Below are positions 22,487 through 34,440 of a stretch of 64,000 nt of DNA, piece after piece. The notes under the pieces were generated by a model that was given only the letters and a program-made list of their open reading frames with translations, ran no database searches and was not told where the DNA came from. The stretch is from Pristiophorus japonicus (lineage: Eukaryota): positions 91,264,001 to 91,328,000 of the forward strand of contig NC_091994.1 in the NCBI RefSeq assembly GCF_044704955.1. Reading direction: 5' to 3'. The first letter of the stretch is position 1. Each line of letters opens with the position of its first letter. The translations under genes and the position numbers were made by a program.

Positions 22487-25436
22487 GCTTATATACAGTG
22501 AACATAATTACTCAAATTACAAAGATATCAAATTGTATATAAATTATAAAAATTTCAGGTCACAGATCAAATGTAAAAGATATTTCTGACACTACAAACA
22601 TCCACATTCATTGGAAATGTTTTTTAAAAAGTCTGGTATTAGTTTTACTGCTATTAGTGTTTGAAAGTTAGACAAGTTTATAAATGGATTACCAATTAAC
22701 AGAAGATCATATTGAATTATGAAATCAATTTTTTTTGTAGCCTTTTCCTATTTTTCTCTCAACAGTGACTCTTCCTGGGGTAAAATGCCACTAACATTGT
22801 TCACACATCAGCCTGGACAATAAACAGGTTATTGGACCACAGGGAGCATCACAGTGGAGTTGCTCTTGCTTTCACCCAGATTCCGCACTTGCAGTTTCCA
22901 GCAGCCGTAGAGATCCTGGCTGTCTTTTCCTCTCCCTAACCTGCTAATAGACTGATGCCATTCACTGAATGCAATACCGTCCAATTTATGTTCTCGTTAC
23001 AAATGACTAATCTTTCCCAATGGCCCAGTTGGTTAAGTGCACGGCCCTTGCAAAGGCCAGAAAGGCCCGATGTTCAATCCAAAATCTGCTGCTCAGTTGG
23101 TGGTGGCAGCGGGGAACACTAAAATTGGCCTCAATGCCCATGGGGGTCAGGGGTGGAGATCACCGCTGATCGGTAACCACTGACACCTGCTGGAAAGTTC
23201 ATCCATTTGGGTGTCCATGATCCGGCTTGGATGTTATGCCCCCTTATCAACAGACACTGTCCAGATTCATGTGAAGATTGGCCACTTAAAGCAATATATT
23301 GGACAACAGTTAGTGCCTGTGGAACTGTAGCTCAAAAGAGGGAGAGGGAAAAAAAAATCAAATGGCTTATTCTCTCTGTACAGAATATGGACAGCTTTCC
23401 AGGAGTTAAAGTAAAGGTATATTCCTTTTTAGTTTCCCATCTTGCAAAATAAATTACATGGTTGAAAGGTACACAGTATATGAACAAAGTATATTGTGCA
23501 AAAAAGTTATGTAAACCACACTTATCTAGTTCCACAAGAACTTCAAGTTTCTCTGAATTTAATCTACTTCTTTTGCAACAGCAACACACGAGATGAGTCT
23601 CACTGAATGGTTCGGATCTTTTTACTACATTAGTAATCTTATGGCTTTGCTGTTTGTTTCAAGCAACAGTTTCCACTCAAGTTATTTCAAACACAGAGAC
23701 TGAGATTAACAAAATATACTTAAAACAGTTCAGAACTAGAAAAGGACAGTCGATATTCAATAAAAAAAACAGAAAATGCTGGAAATCCAATTAGGGATGG
23801 GCAATAAATGCTGGCATTGACAGCAACGCCCACATCTCAGAACAAACAAAAAGTGAGTCAGCATCTGTAAAGAGAATTAATGTTTTGGACAGATACCCTT
23901 CATCAGAACTTGATCTAAATTGGACTAGGTCACCTAAATTTGCTCAAAGCCAAGAGCAACTGAATTTAAAGATGATAATTTGAAACTGGAAGAGATGCTT
24001 TTTGAACTGATCAGTTTACAGAGTATAACGAACCTAAAAAAAATGTACTGGAGGTGAGTCACTCAATGCTCGAACTCTTCACATAACTGCATCGCTCAGC
24101 CAGTAACCATCACTGGGCTGGGAGGAGCCCAGGTTCAATCCATGGCTTGCGCTGAGCTACCCAGTTTCAGCAGAGGGGCTACAATTTGCCTCATGGCCTC
24201 GCTGCCCTCGGGCAAGAGAGATAGAAACAAAAAAAAAGTTAGCCAGGATTTGCGTTGCTGATCAATGTCGTCACCCCTGCTAGAAAATGTGCAAATGTTC
24301 AAGTCACTGATGTCAGAATCAGGCTGGGTTGTGATGCATCGCACAAATAGACTCACTACCCATATTCACACATGAAGAATGGACAGTCGGACAAGATACA
24401 GGTTGCTGACACCCTTGGAATCAAATACCAGCAACAGTCAACATCTATAGGACAGAAGTGGAGAAAATTGAGGGTGGGTGGGTGGGTGGGGAGGGAATAG
24501 GGGAAGTTTATAGAGCATTAGCTTCTCTCATTGCACTGTAATAATCTGATTGGTGTTCAAATGGGGAACATCAATCAGATTATTACGTGTGCTCTTGGTC
24601 AGTAATAGAGATTGAATAAAAGCTTGCTCTTGTGCATTGAGGTATTGCAAATGGAATGCTGTTGAGTGTGTTTCTTAAAGCATCATTTTCATCCTGGTAA
24701 AATAACATCTAGGTTGTTTTACTCCATTTATAAAACAGATGTGCATCACCAGGTCTGCGTTAAAATGTGAATCTTCCCTGAAAAAGCTACGGTGGTTTGT
24801 ACTGTAGCAGATATTGCACCCAATGCCTGGCAAACAACACTGGCAGCCAAAACGGCAATTATGAAAGAGGTTTTTTGAAGCAGCCATTATATGAGCTAAG
24901 GTCACCCCAAAGGTGCACGATAGAGATAAGGAAAAGTAGTCTTATGGAACAGAATACTTTCCAATTTAGACAGCAGTGTCTGCAATAATTCTCAGATTAT
25001 ATTTAGTATGGTTAAATGCAGAGTGACGCTCTCCCCTACTCTGCCCCAACCTTAGAGGAACATCCCTTACTCTCACTAATTACATTTTTCACTTTCCACA
25101 CCAGTCATCCTGTACCCCTTTGGAGTAAGACGACCAAGTCAGTTTTGTGCCGTGGGTCCCTGCCCTCTAGCAACTGGTTTGAAATTTCCCAAACTCACTT
25201 TACAAAGAATCCATACAGACAGGGGGCACTCATCCCATCCGTCTGGGCAGGATTTGAATCACTCAGACATGAAAGGCCAATATTAGCCCTTTAAATAAAC
25301 AGTTTCACAGGGTGAAGGGAGTACTATGCATCTAAAGTCAACAACTCGGGTCAATTGATTTTGAAGTAATAAGATACGACCATTAAAATACCCAACATTG
25401 CACTGAACAACCCATTTGCTTTTCAAAAGTGCAGAA

Positions 25437-25959
25437 TTACGGAAGATCAAGTAAGCCGTGTTGACTATATAGGTCTTGCGTGATGTCATAGGCCTTTGAA
25501 ATGAGCGGCCCAGCTTCCCCCAGGGCAGCCACAACCTTTTCCGTTGTGCCCATATTCATAATCTCACAAAAGCCTGCGCGGCTCGGCAGCATGTAAAAGG
25601 CAACAGTTGCAGCTTTGCGCACTATCCAGGGATGGTAGTTTGCCAGCGAGTCATTATAGGCCTCTGCACACAGGACTGAAGTTTTGCTGTCGTCAGAAGC
25701 TACCCGCAACTTTTCCAGAAAGAGCTGCAGCCACCGGAGGGCACGATGGAGCCGCAGTAGTGTACGGCAGCCAGAATCCCAGTGCTCGCCCCGCTTCATC
25801 ACATCCACCAGGTTCTGGTCTACCTCGTACGCCACCATTGACTGAATGGTTCGATACTCTTGGTCATTCTCACCATTTTTGTAGTTCTCCAGAATTTGGA
25901 TTTTGGTGACAGCATCTTTTGAAATAAAGGAAAAGGCTGATCCGAGACTATTCATGAAC
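25437..25959 (-). CDS. CPTP: ceramide-1-phosphate transfer protein (GLTPD1), coding exon 2
   Basis: FMNSLGSAFSFISKDAVTK..SGCRTLLRLHRALRWLQLF..YHPWIVRKA..LLDLP* matches CPTP; acceptor CTCTTTAG|G, phase 2. Confidence 0.95.
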
Positions 25960-27493
25960 CTAAAGAGCATCAAATGTAGATATATTTTAGTATCAACACA
26001 AAATGCCTGGTCTCGAAAGTAGAAAGTAAATCACTGATCTAACAAAGCAATTTAAAATTTAAAAAAAACAACTCTGAGATGAGGAACAATTGTCAAGCAG
26101 GTCACTACATCCAGGAAAGTAGGTACCATGTGAACTCAGTTAATGGCTGGAGGTTACTGTGGAAAAATGTGAACTTGAACCATGTACACAATGCGCGAGT
26201 GCCAATTGACAAAAAGTACATTATAACCTGGGGCATGTCATAGCCACTTACTCCCTCACCAATTTTCTTATCCAATTCCTCTCCTGAAGGTACTAATCCT
26301 ATGTTGGGATATAGTTCATTGGGTGTTTGGCATTTTCACTACCTCACCTAAATAGCTAATATTCAGCTGTGAACCTTGCTAGTTAATGTCAGCAGACTAT
26401 TAACTTCTAGCAGCTGCTTACCCAGTAGCAATCAGGAGAGGGAGCCCTGCTTGCTCCTCCCTAGCCAATGGGCAGCAAGTACAACAGCAGTGCTTCTACT
26501 GCCCCAGAGAAAATCAGGGGTCAAACAGGAGATCTTCCAGCTGCACCATTCAGGATAAACTCACTGAGCCATTAACTGAGTTCCAGTCATATCTACTTTT
26601 CTGGATATAGTGACCTATTTGACAATGGACCAGATTTTGCGGTAAGTCAGAGTTTTCGCACAAAATAGTTATGGTAAGTGTTTTAACCAATAGATTTATA
26701 AAATGCAGTACACCCATCATGTCCATAAGCAGTCACCATGCCATGTCGAACACTGGGCTAAATAAATTACTAATGAAGAGGATTGGTTTTGAGAAACTTT
26801 AAATTTGGGGAACTAAAACCTCCAAGTTTGTTATAAATGTGCCACCTGCTTGGGTAGATATATTGACTGTACAAACATAGGACATCTAATCAATACCTGT
26901 TCATCTACAATATTGAGGCACATGCCTGCACTAGAGGACATTATTAGTTCTTAATTAAACACCACAACTCTAAACTCACTGAAAACTGAAACTTCACAAA
27001 CTATAAATTGAATTTTAAGTATTAGGGGAATTAGGAATATAATTAAATAGAAAAATTGTGAATGCTAGGAATCAAATTAAAATAGTAGATGCAGGTGTAC
27101 ACAATGGGTTAATGTTTTGGGCAGGGCACGATTCTAGCAATAGGTCCCCAAAATCTTAAGTTGTCTTTTCAGATGCAAAAGGCCCTCTCTATATATTTCC
27201 AATATTTTTTGTTTGTAGGTTGGCCGATAAGTATTTCACATACATGAAAAAAAACTATTATTCATGAAGAAACTATCATACAAGTGTTTGGCAAATTACC
27301 AAAATTTACAATAACTAGATCATCTCGATATAACATTACCAGAGTGAGAAATCACACACATCTTCTCACCCTCCCCAACAAATATTTATTGTCTTGTTAA
27401 CAGTATATTGTCCACTACAAACAAAAGGTCAGTTTTGTACTTTGCTTTCACATAAGTGAAGATGATTATGGGATTCTTTCAAAAGTCACTCAC

Positions 27494-27612
27494 TTCACCA
27501 GCCCCTTCCATCCATTTAAATAGTGCTCGAGCAGGAGCTCGTCATTGCCCGTCAGACAGTTTCTGAATGACTCCAGGACCTCACCCAGACTGAACCTCCC
27601 TGGGTCAGCCAT
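27494..27612 (-). CDS. CPTP: ceramide-1-phosphate transfer protein, coding exon 1
   Basis: MADPGRFSLGEVLESFRNCLTGNDELLLEHYLNGWKGLVK; donor AA|GTGAGT; phase matches exon 2, total 213 aa. Confidence 0.93.
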
Positions 27613-27790
27613 CTTCAAACCGGAAACCAGCGCCGCGGGGCGGGGCCTTTATTGACCAATCACACCTCACAGGAAACCCCGCCTCTGGCTCGGGCTGCAA
27701 GAATGGGGACATCCTAATGGTTCCTTTCCACATCAATCAGGCGGCTCTCCGGTAACCAGGTTACGCTGCGCTGGCTGGCAGTGAGGTAGG
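27606..27790. promoter_or_regulatory. bidirectional CpG-rich promoter shared by CPTP and INTS11
   Basis: YY1-type GCCATCTT over the CPTP ATG, ETS CCGGAA (~27620), GC box GGGGCGGGGC (~27637-27646), CCAAT (27656-27660), palindrome GTAACCAGGTTAC (27752-27764), plus-strand donor GAG|GTAGG (~27785) for a non-coding INTS11 exon. Confidence 0.75.
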
Positions 27791-27935
27791 CCTGAAGCAG
27801 GGTAGCTGCGGCTCTGGTCACTCAGTGGCTGTAAGGATAGTGGGGAGAGGAGCCTCTAGATTTCTACCCCGAGTACCGTCAGTGAGCGGACTCTGTGTGC
27901 TAAAGGGTGCCGCGTAATGTGGGGAGAGGAGAGCG

Positions 27936-28022
27936 GGCCCAGGCCTCGGCCCCGGCCCCGGCCCCAAGCCCATAACCCTGGCCCACGGCCCAGACCTCAG
28001 CCCATAACCCGGGCCCCGGCCC
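27936..28022. repeat. degenerate (GGCCCC)n hexamer repeat
   Basis: Three perfect GGCCCC units at 27948-27965 with degenerate units on both sides. Confidence 0.7.
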
Positions 28023-28456
28023 ACAACTCCGACACTGTCGCCTTCATAATACAAAGTTACTGTTTTGCTTCTAATCCTCTCCCTGCCATAAATAGTACTT
28101 TCTGTCTGTTTATAAGGTGCAAACTGATGTAAACTTTAGAAAGAGACAATAAACCGAGTTGTTTTTAACTGCGCTGCTTAAAATGACCTGACTGTTAACC
28201 TGAAGACTTTAGTTGTGATTTTTCATTAATACCAATGAAAGGAGGCCTCATCTGTACTCTGCACAGTATCTGTTTCTGTACTGCACCTCTCCACAATTCA
28301 AATTGATAGTTTAATATTTTAAAGCATGAAATTCCCGCTACTTAGTTGGATTTATGGTGCTAACTTCAAATCATTAGAAAATTCAGTTTTGTTTTAAGTC
28401 CAGAAAACATATTTGAATTATTAGGAGTAGATTGCATATGAATAAAGATTGGGACT

Positions 28457-29238
28457 ATGGAGTATAATGTGGGGAAGTGTGAGGTTATCCATTTTGGCAG
28501 GAAAAATAAAAAAGCTAATTATTATGTAAATGGAGAGAGATTACAAAATCCTGCAGTTACAGAGGAACCTAGGGGTTCTTGGGCATGAAACACAAAAAGT
28601 TAATATGCAAGTACAGCAAGTAATCAGGAAGGCAAATGGAATGTTGGCCTTTATTGCAAAGGGGATGGAGTATAAAAGCAGAGAAGTCCTGCTACAACTG
28701 TACAGGGTATTGGTGAGACCACACCTAGAGTATTGTGTACAGTTTTGGTCTCCTTATTTAAAGAGGGATATACTTGCATTGGAAGCTGTTCAGAGAAGGT
28801 TCACTAGGTTGATTCCGGAGATGAAGGGGTTGACAAAGAAAGGTTGAGTAGGTATACTCATTGGAGTTTAGAAGAATGCGAGGGGATCTTATTGAAACAT
28901 ATAAGATACTGAGGGGACTCGACAAGGTAGATGCAGAAAGGATATTTCCACTTGTGGGAGAATCTAGAACTAGGCGGCATAGTTTAAGAATAAGGGGTCA
29001 CCCATTTAGAACTGAGATGGAGGAATTTCTTCTCTGAGGGTTGTAATTCTCTGCCTCAGAGAGCTGTGGAGGCTGGGTCATTGAATATATTTAAGGCGGA
29101 GATAGAGATTTTTGAAAGGTATGGGAATGAAGGGTTATGGGGAGCGGGCAGGGAAGTGGAGCTGAGCCCACGATCAGATCAGCCATGATCTAATTGAATG
29201 GTGGAGCAGGCTCGAGGCCGAACGGCCTATTCCTGCTC
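28457..29238 (+). mobile_element. CR1 LINE 3' fragment
   Basis: ORF 28530-28847 is a CR1 RT C-terminus; tail TTCCTATGTTCCTATG. Confidence 0.9.
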
Positions 29239-29616
29239 CTATTTCCTATGTTCCTATGAGACAGTATTAGTGAACCAGTGGGTTTTTACAACAATCTGAC
29301 AGCTTCACTGTCATTGTTACTGACATCAGCTGTTTATTTCCCGTTTTCTTGTAACCACAATTCAAATTCTCAAACTGCCATAGTGGGATTTGAATCCATA
29401 TTCTCTGGATTATTAGTCCAGGCCTCTGGATTATTTGTCCAGTAATTACTGTACACATTAATCTTCTGAAGATCTTTATAGGTGGAAGTGAGTGCAGGTC
29501 GAAAAGGCAATAAAAAAGCAAATGAAATTCTGGGTTTTATACATGGGGATATTAAATATAAAAGTAAGGATGTTCATTTGTACAAAACATTTTACCCATG
29601 CAAAGGTTACAGTGAA

Positions 29617-29975
29617 ACATAGAAACATAGAAAATAGGTGCAGGAGTAGGCCATTTGGCTCTTCGAGCCTGCACTGCCATTCAATCTGATCATGCACTTC
29701 AGTACCCCATTCCTGCTTTCTCCCCATACCCCTTGATCCCTTTAGCCGTAAGGGCCACATCTAACTCCCTTTTGAATATATCTAACGAACTGGCCTCAAC
29801 AACTTTCTTCTCAACAGAATTCCACATGCTCACAACTCTCTGCGTGAAGAAGTTTCTCCTCATCTCGGTCCTAAATGGCTTACCTCTTATCCTTAGACTG
29901 TGACCCCTGGTTCTGGAACTCCCCAGCAACGGGAACATTCTTCCTGTGTCTAACCTGTCCAATCCCGTCAGAATT
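29617..29975 (-). mobile_element. CR1 LINE 3' fragment
   Basis: ORF 29699-29962; (AAACATAG)n tail. Confidence 0.85.
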
Positions 29976-30847
29976 ACGGTTCACCTAGAATGATTACCAA
30001 CAACTTTCATTTATACAGGACCGTTAATAAATGTCCTAAGTTACACAGAGGTGTAATCAGACTAAAATACCAGAATTAAAAGTTATAATTATGAAGCTAG
30101 GCTCAATAATTGAGTCTTTTTTCACTGGAACAAAGAAGGTTAAGTAGAGATTTAATGGAGGTTTTTAAAATTCCAAAAGATTTTTAACAGGTAAACAGTG
30201 AAAGATCATCTCCATTGATTGGCATAGGGTAACACGATTGAGGATTTTCATTGGAAGAATGAAGGGGAAAGTTAGCAGAACCTTTTTCACACACAGGTAG
30301 CTATTGAGGTTGAAACTATAATCGTTTTTTTTTTTAAAAAGTAAGTATTTGAGAAGGACATTTGTGAAAGGATATAGGAAGAGGGCAGGAGAATGTGATT
30401 GGATAGCTCCAAATGAAGTGGCAACATCAAGAGATGTAAAGTTATGATTCCACCGCTTGTTTAGTGCTAATTGTGGCATTGTTTTGTGGAGAAATTGTGG
30501 ATATATATATTTATTGGAACTCATTGGTAAATCTGATTATTCTGTTGTTGGAAATTGATTCTAATGTTATCACAGCGACATGGAGGCACTATTCTTCTAG
30601 CCTTCAGTACACACTGGTACTCTTTACCCCCCTCTCCCCAGTACACAGAGCTGCTCTCTGCTCCCCTCCTCTCCCCTATCTATATATGGGAGACAGCCAA
30701 CAGCTGAGCCAAGTGATCTCTTCTGATGCATTTTGTCGATGTTGTCTGCTTTCCGTTTAACAGATCTGTTTTACCAAATTTAGGATGAGTGTCTAATTTC
30801 ATCACTGAGGTCTCACAAGCACCGAGTGCAGCGAAACCTGGTTGCAA

Positions 30848-30875
30848 ATGCCTGAAATCAAAGTCACACCTTTGG
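30848..30875 (+). CDS. INTS11: Integrator complex subunit 11, coding exon 1 (MPEIKVTPLG)
   Basis: Matches the INTS11 N-terminus; donor G|GTAAGA; exon preceded by an acceptor (TTTAACAG at 30763). Confidence 0.95.
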
Positions 30876-30960
30876 GTAAGAATTCAGACATTAAACCGAT
30901 TTAAGGAACGAACTCCTTAGTACAATGAGTTCACATAATCACAAGTCCTTGCTTTTTCAG

Positions 30961-31058
30961 GAGCGGGCCAGGATGTGGGCCGTAGCTGTATCCTGGTCTC
31001 AATTGGTGGGAAAAACGTGATGCTGGATTGTGGAATGCACATGGGATATAATGATGAT
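30961..31058 (+). CDS. INTS11: INTS11 coding exon 2 ([32 protein letters not shown])
   Basis: AG/GT boundaries, 98 nt, metallo-beta-lactamase motif 1 (LDCG). Confidence 0.97.
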
Positions 31059-32329
31059 GTAAGTAAATGTCATTATTGAATAGTTGAAAAATGCGAGAAA
31101 GTAGTGCAGTTGATCACCGGCTGAGCAATTATTAAATACAGGAATAGCCTGGCCAGTGTTTTAAGATCAGAGGCAATACTGGGTCATACAGTTTATTTTT
31201 CCTCTTGTCAATTCTCTTCTCTCCACACTTCGCCTAAAGACGCGGGCCCTGAAGTTCTCGGCCAGTAGATGTGCTGCGGGGCAGGGTTCCCAGCCCCCTG
31301 CAGCCAGAGATGTCCCAAATCACTGGGGGCAGGGTCATTTCCATAATTGAGGCAGGTGGCCTGTGTGACGGGTGTGTTAAAGGTGCTGCTGTGCTGACAC
31401 TAGTTGAAACAGTACTATGCCTCTCTGACAGGGTATCGGGGGACTGAGGCCTGGGAAAGGCCCTCGGTGTTTGTTCACTCGGCTGACTTGTGTTCCAATA
31501 GGCCGAGGGAGAGCCCAAGAACTAGGAGCTGGAGTAGGCCATTCGGCCCCTCGAGCCTGCTTCCACCATTCAATAAGATCATGGCTGATCTTCTACCTCA
31601 ATTCCACCTTCTTGCCCTATCCCCATATCCCTTGGTTCCCTTAGTGTCCAAAAATCTATTGTAACCCGGGAACTTCTGCAGATACACTCTTCCCAAAACT
31701 GTCTTTGGATATAGGGGGTGGGTATAAGACTCGCCCCCTCCCCCTGGCCTGAATTTAGACTGGATTGTACATGGTGTGAAATCAGACACATCTGGGTTCT
31801 TCGCCAATTGGCACCCCAGCTAAGATCAGCTATCTTAGCTTAGACTGCGGATCAAACCTGGTCTTTGTGGTTGTTATTCACAGCATAAGCATGTCAGGGA
31901 AGCTACTGAGTGAAATACTTTTATAAGTAGCTTTTATTTCTAAGGTAGAGTAAGTTTAAAACAGAATCTCAAATCAGTACATTGTGGGCTTGCTGAAAGC
32001 TGTCCCTTTAGTATGTATAGTTGGTGTGACAAATGCAAGTTATGTCCCTAAAGTTTTAATAAAGTTCCCACCAATCAGTGGAATTGAAGGTGGCAGTGCA
32101 ATGATAGGTGAGTATGTGTAGCAGTAGTCAGTGCTGTAACTGCAAGTAAAAAGTACAAACTTCAGGATTAGAGACTTGAACTGAGCACTTTTACTTCCAA
32201 ACTATACATGCCATGTTGTGGCTGAACACTGAGTCATGGCTGCATCACAAGCAGTCAAAAATTGCAGTATTCCAGTATTCTGATCTTTTTTCCCTGTCAC
32301 AGATGGGGATAGTAGGAAAAATAGAAAAA

Positions 32330-33085
32330 CAGAATATTTTTTAATTGGTGAAATCTTTTTAATGTTGGTGTTCAGAGAGACTTAGGAAACACAAAAAGTT
32401 AGTAAGCAGGTGCATCAAGCAATTAGGAAGGCAAATAGCATGTTGGCCTTTATTGGTAGGGGGTTGGAGTACAAGAGTAAGGAAGTCTTACTACAGTTGT
32501 ACTTTGGTGAGACCACACCTGGAGTACTGTCACAGAGTACTGTACACAGTTTTGGTTTCCTTACCTGAGAAAGGATATAAATGCCAGAGGCGGTACAACG
32601 AAAGTTCACTAGATTGATCCCTGGGATACGAGGGTTGTCCTACGAGGAGAGATTGAGTAGATTGAGCCTATACTCTCTGAAGTTTAGAAAAATGAGAGGT
32701 GATCTCATTGAAACATAGGATTCTGAGGGGGATTGACAGGGTAGATACTGAGAGGTTGTTTCCCCCGGGCTGGAGACTCTAGAGCTAGGGGGCACAGTCT
32801 CAGGATAAGGAGTCGGCCATTTAAGACTGAGATGAGAAGGAACTTCTTCACTCAGAGGGTTGTGAATCTTTGGGATTCTCTGCCCCAGAGGACTGTGGAT
32901 GCTGAGTTGTTGATTATATTCAAGGCTGAGATAAATAGATTTTTGGACTAGGGGAATCAAGGGATATGGAGATCGGGCGGGAAAGTGGAGTTGAGGTCGA
33001 AGATCGGCCATGATCTTATTGAATAGCGGAGCAGGCTCAAGGGGCCATATGACCTACTCCTGCTCCTAATTCTTATGTTCTTATG
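32330..33085 (+). mobile_element. CR1 LINE 3' fragment
   Basis: CR1 RT C-terminal motifs and CTTATGTTCTTATG tail. Confidence 0.9.
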
Positions 33086-34440
33086 GAATTTTTTCTAATA
33101 CACCAACAAATGTGCACAACCCTCTGTGCAATTTTCTTTTCTTTTTTCACTCACCTCCTTGCTGGGTTCCAGTTGCTGGTGGTCCTCTATTACCCGTACG
33201 GCCCCTGACCATAGGGGTGATTTGGTGAGTTTGTGTTTCTGGTGGGGAGCCTCGCCCACCGGGAGCATGGAGCAGAAGTTCAGCCGGTTTTAAATGAATG
33301 GTTGGCAAATGATGCACAGCACGTGCCTGGATTTCCGAGCATGCATTTCCACTGGGCAAGGCTTCTTGTTGCGAGCACTTAAGTCAGAACACTACCCCCT
33401 AATGATTATAGGGAGGGTATTCGCTCATTAGCCAGGCTTGATTCTTGCCCTCAGTTGACATTCACCCATGTGCACTTTCAGCCTGCGTTTCTGGATATCA
33501 ATTAGAGGGAGGGAACTTGGTCAAATTTTTCCCCTTTCTATTGGGATGGTGATAGCAATTGTTGGACCCCTGCTACTGCTGGCGTGGCTGAGATCAGCTA
33601 ACAGCACAGCGGAACCATCAGCAAGCATTTTTCTTTCTGCTGAAATTCTGTATGTGTTTTATATTTCAAATTTGCCTGTATATTATCTCTGTTACCAGGG
33701 AAGGTATTACTGCACAGCAGTCAGCCGGCAGGTGAAATGCTACTCAATAGGGAGATATTACCTTTTTGTTTTAGAATGTGCATTTAAAAAAGATTTCTCT
33801 AAAACATGTAAAATCTCAAACTGGTATGCCGTTTTTATGAGGATTCCGAAAATTCTGTGACATCTCTGCCACAAGATTCATCGTACCTTTGTGCCGTCTT
33901 TATTTCCGCTTTCTCGCTTCCCATGATACTCCTGACTCATTCTGGGAATACAGTTTCACCGCCACTGGTAGCTCGTCCAATTTGCCAGTCTGCAAGTGTG
34001 AGCCTATATTTGGCATTACAACAACAACAAAAACAACGTATTTTATATAGCGCCTTTAACATAGTGAAACGTCCCACAGCGCTTCACAGGAGTCTTGTGA
34101 GAGAAAAATGTTGACACCAAGCTGCATAAGTAGAAATTAGGGCAGGTGACCAAAAACTTGATCAAAGAGGTAGGTTTTAAGGAAGGTCTTGGAAGAAAGA
34201 GAGGCGGAGAGGTTGAGGCAGGGTGTTCCAGATCTTGCAGCCTAGGCAGCAGAAGACATGGCCACCAGTGGTTGAGTGATTATAATCAGGGATGCTCAAG
34301 AGGGCAGAATTAGAGGAGCGCAGACATCTCGGGGGGGGGGGGGGGGGGGGGGTGGGGAGATTCATCATCATCATCTTCATAGGCGGTCCCTCGAACGAGG
34401 ATGACTTGTTTCCACGAGAGTTCACAGATGTTTCAATGAA

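Noticed and set aside
1-25400. TAS1R3 expected downstream of CPTP by human synteny
   Set aside because: No class C GPCR-like exons recognised in the ORF track or by spot translation; it may lie outside the window. A tBLASTn would be needed to exclude decayed remnants.
34331-34352. Long G homopolymer (also C run at 50425-50444 and G run at ~858-869)
   Set aside because: Slippage expansions inside L2/CR1 3' regions; length unreliable and no evidence of function.
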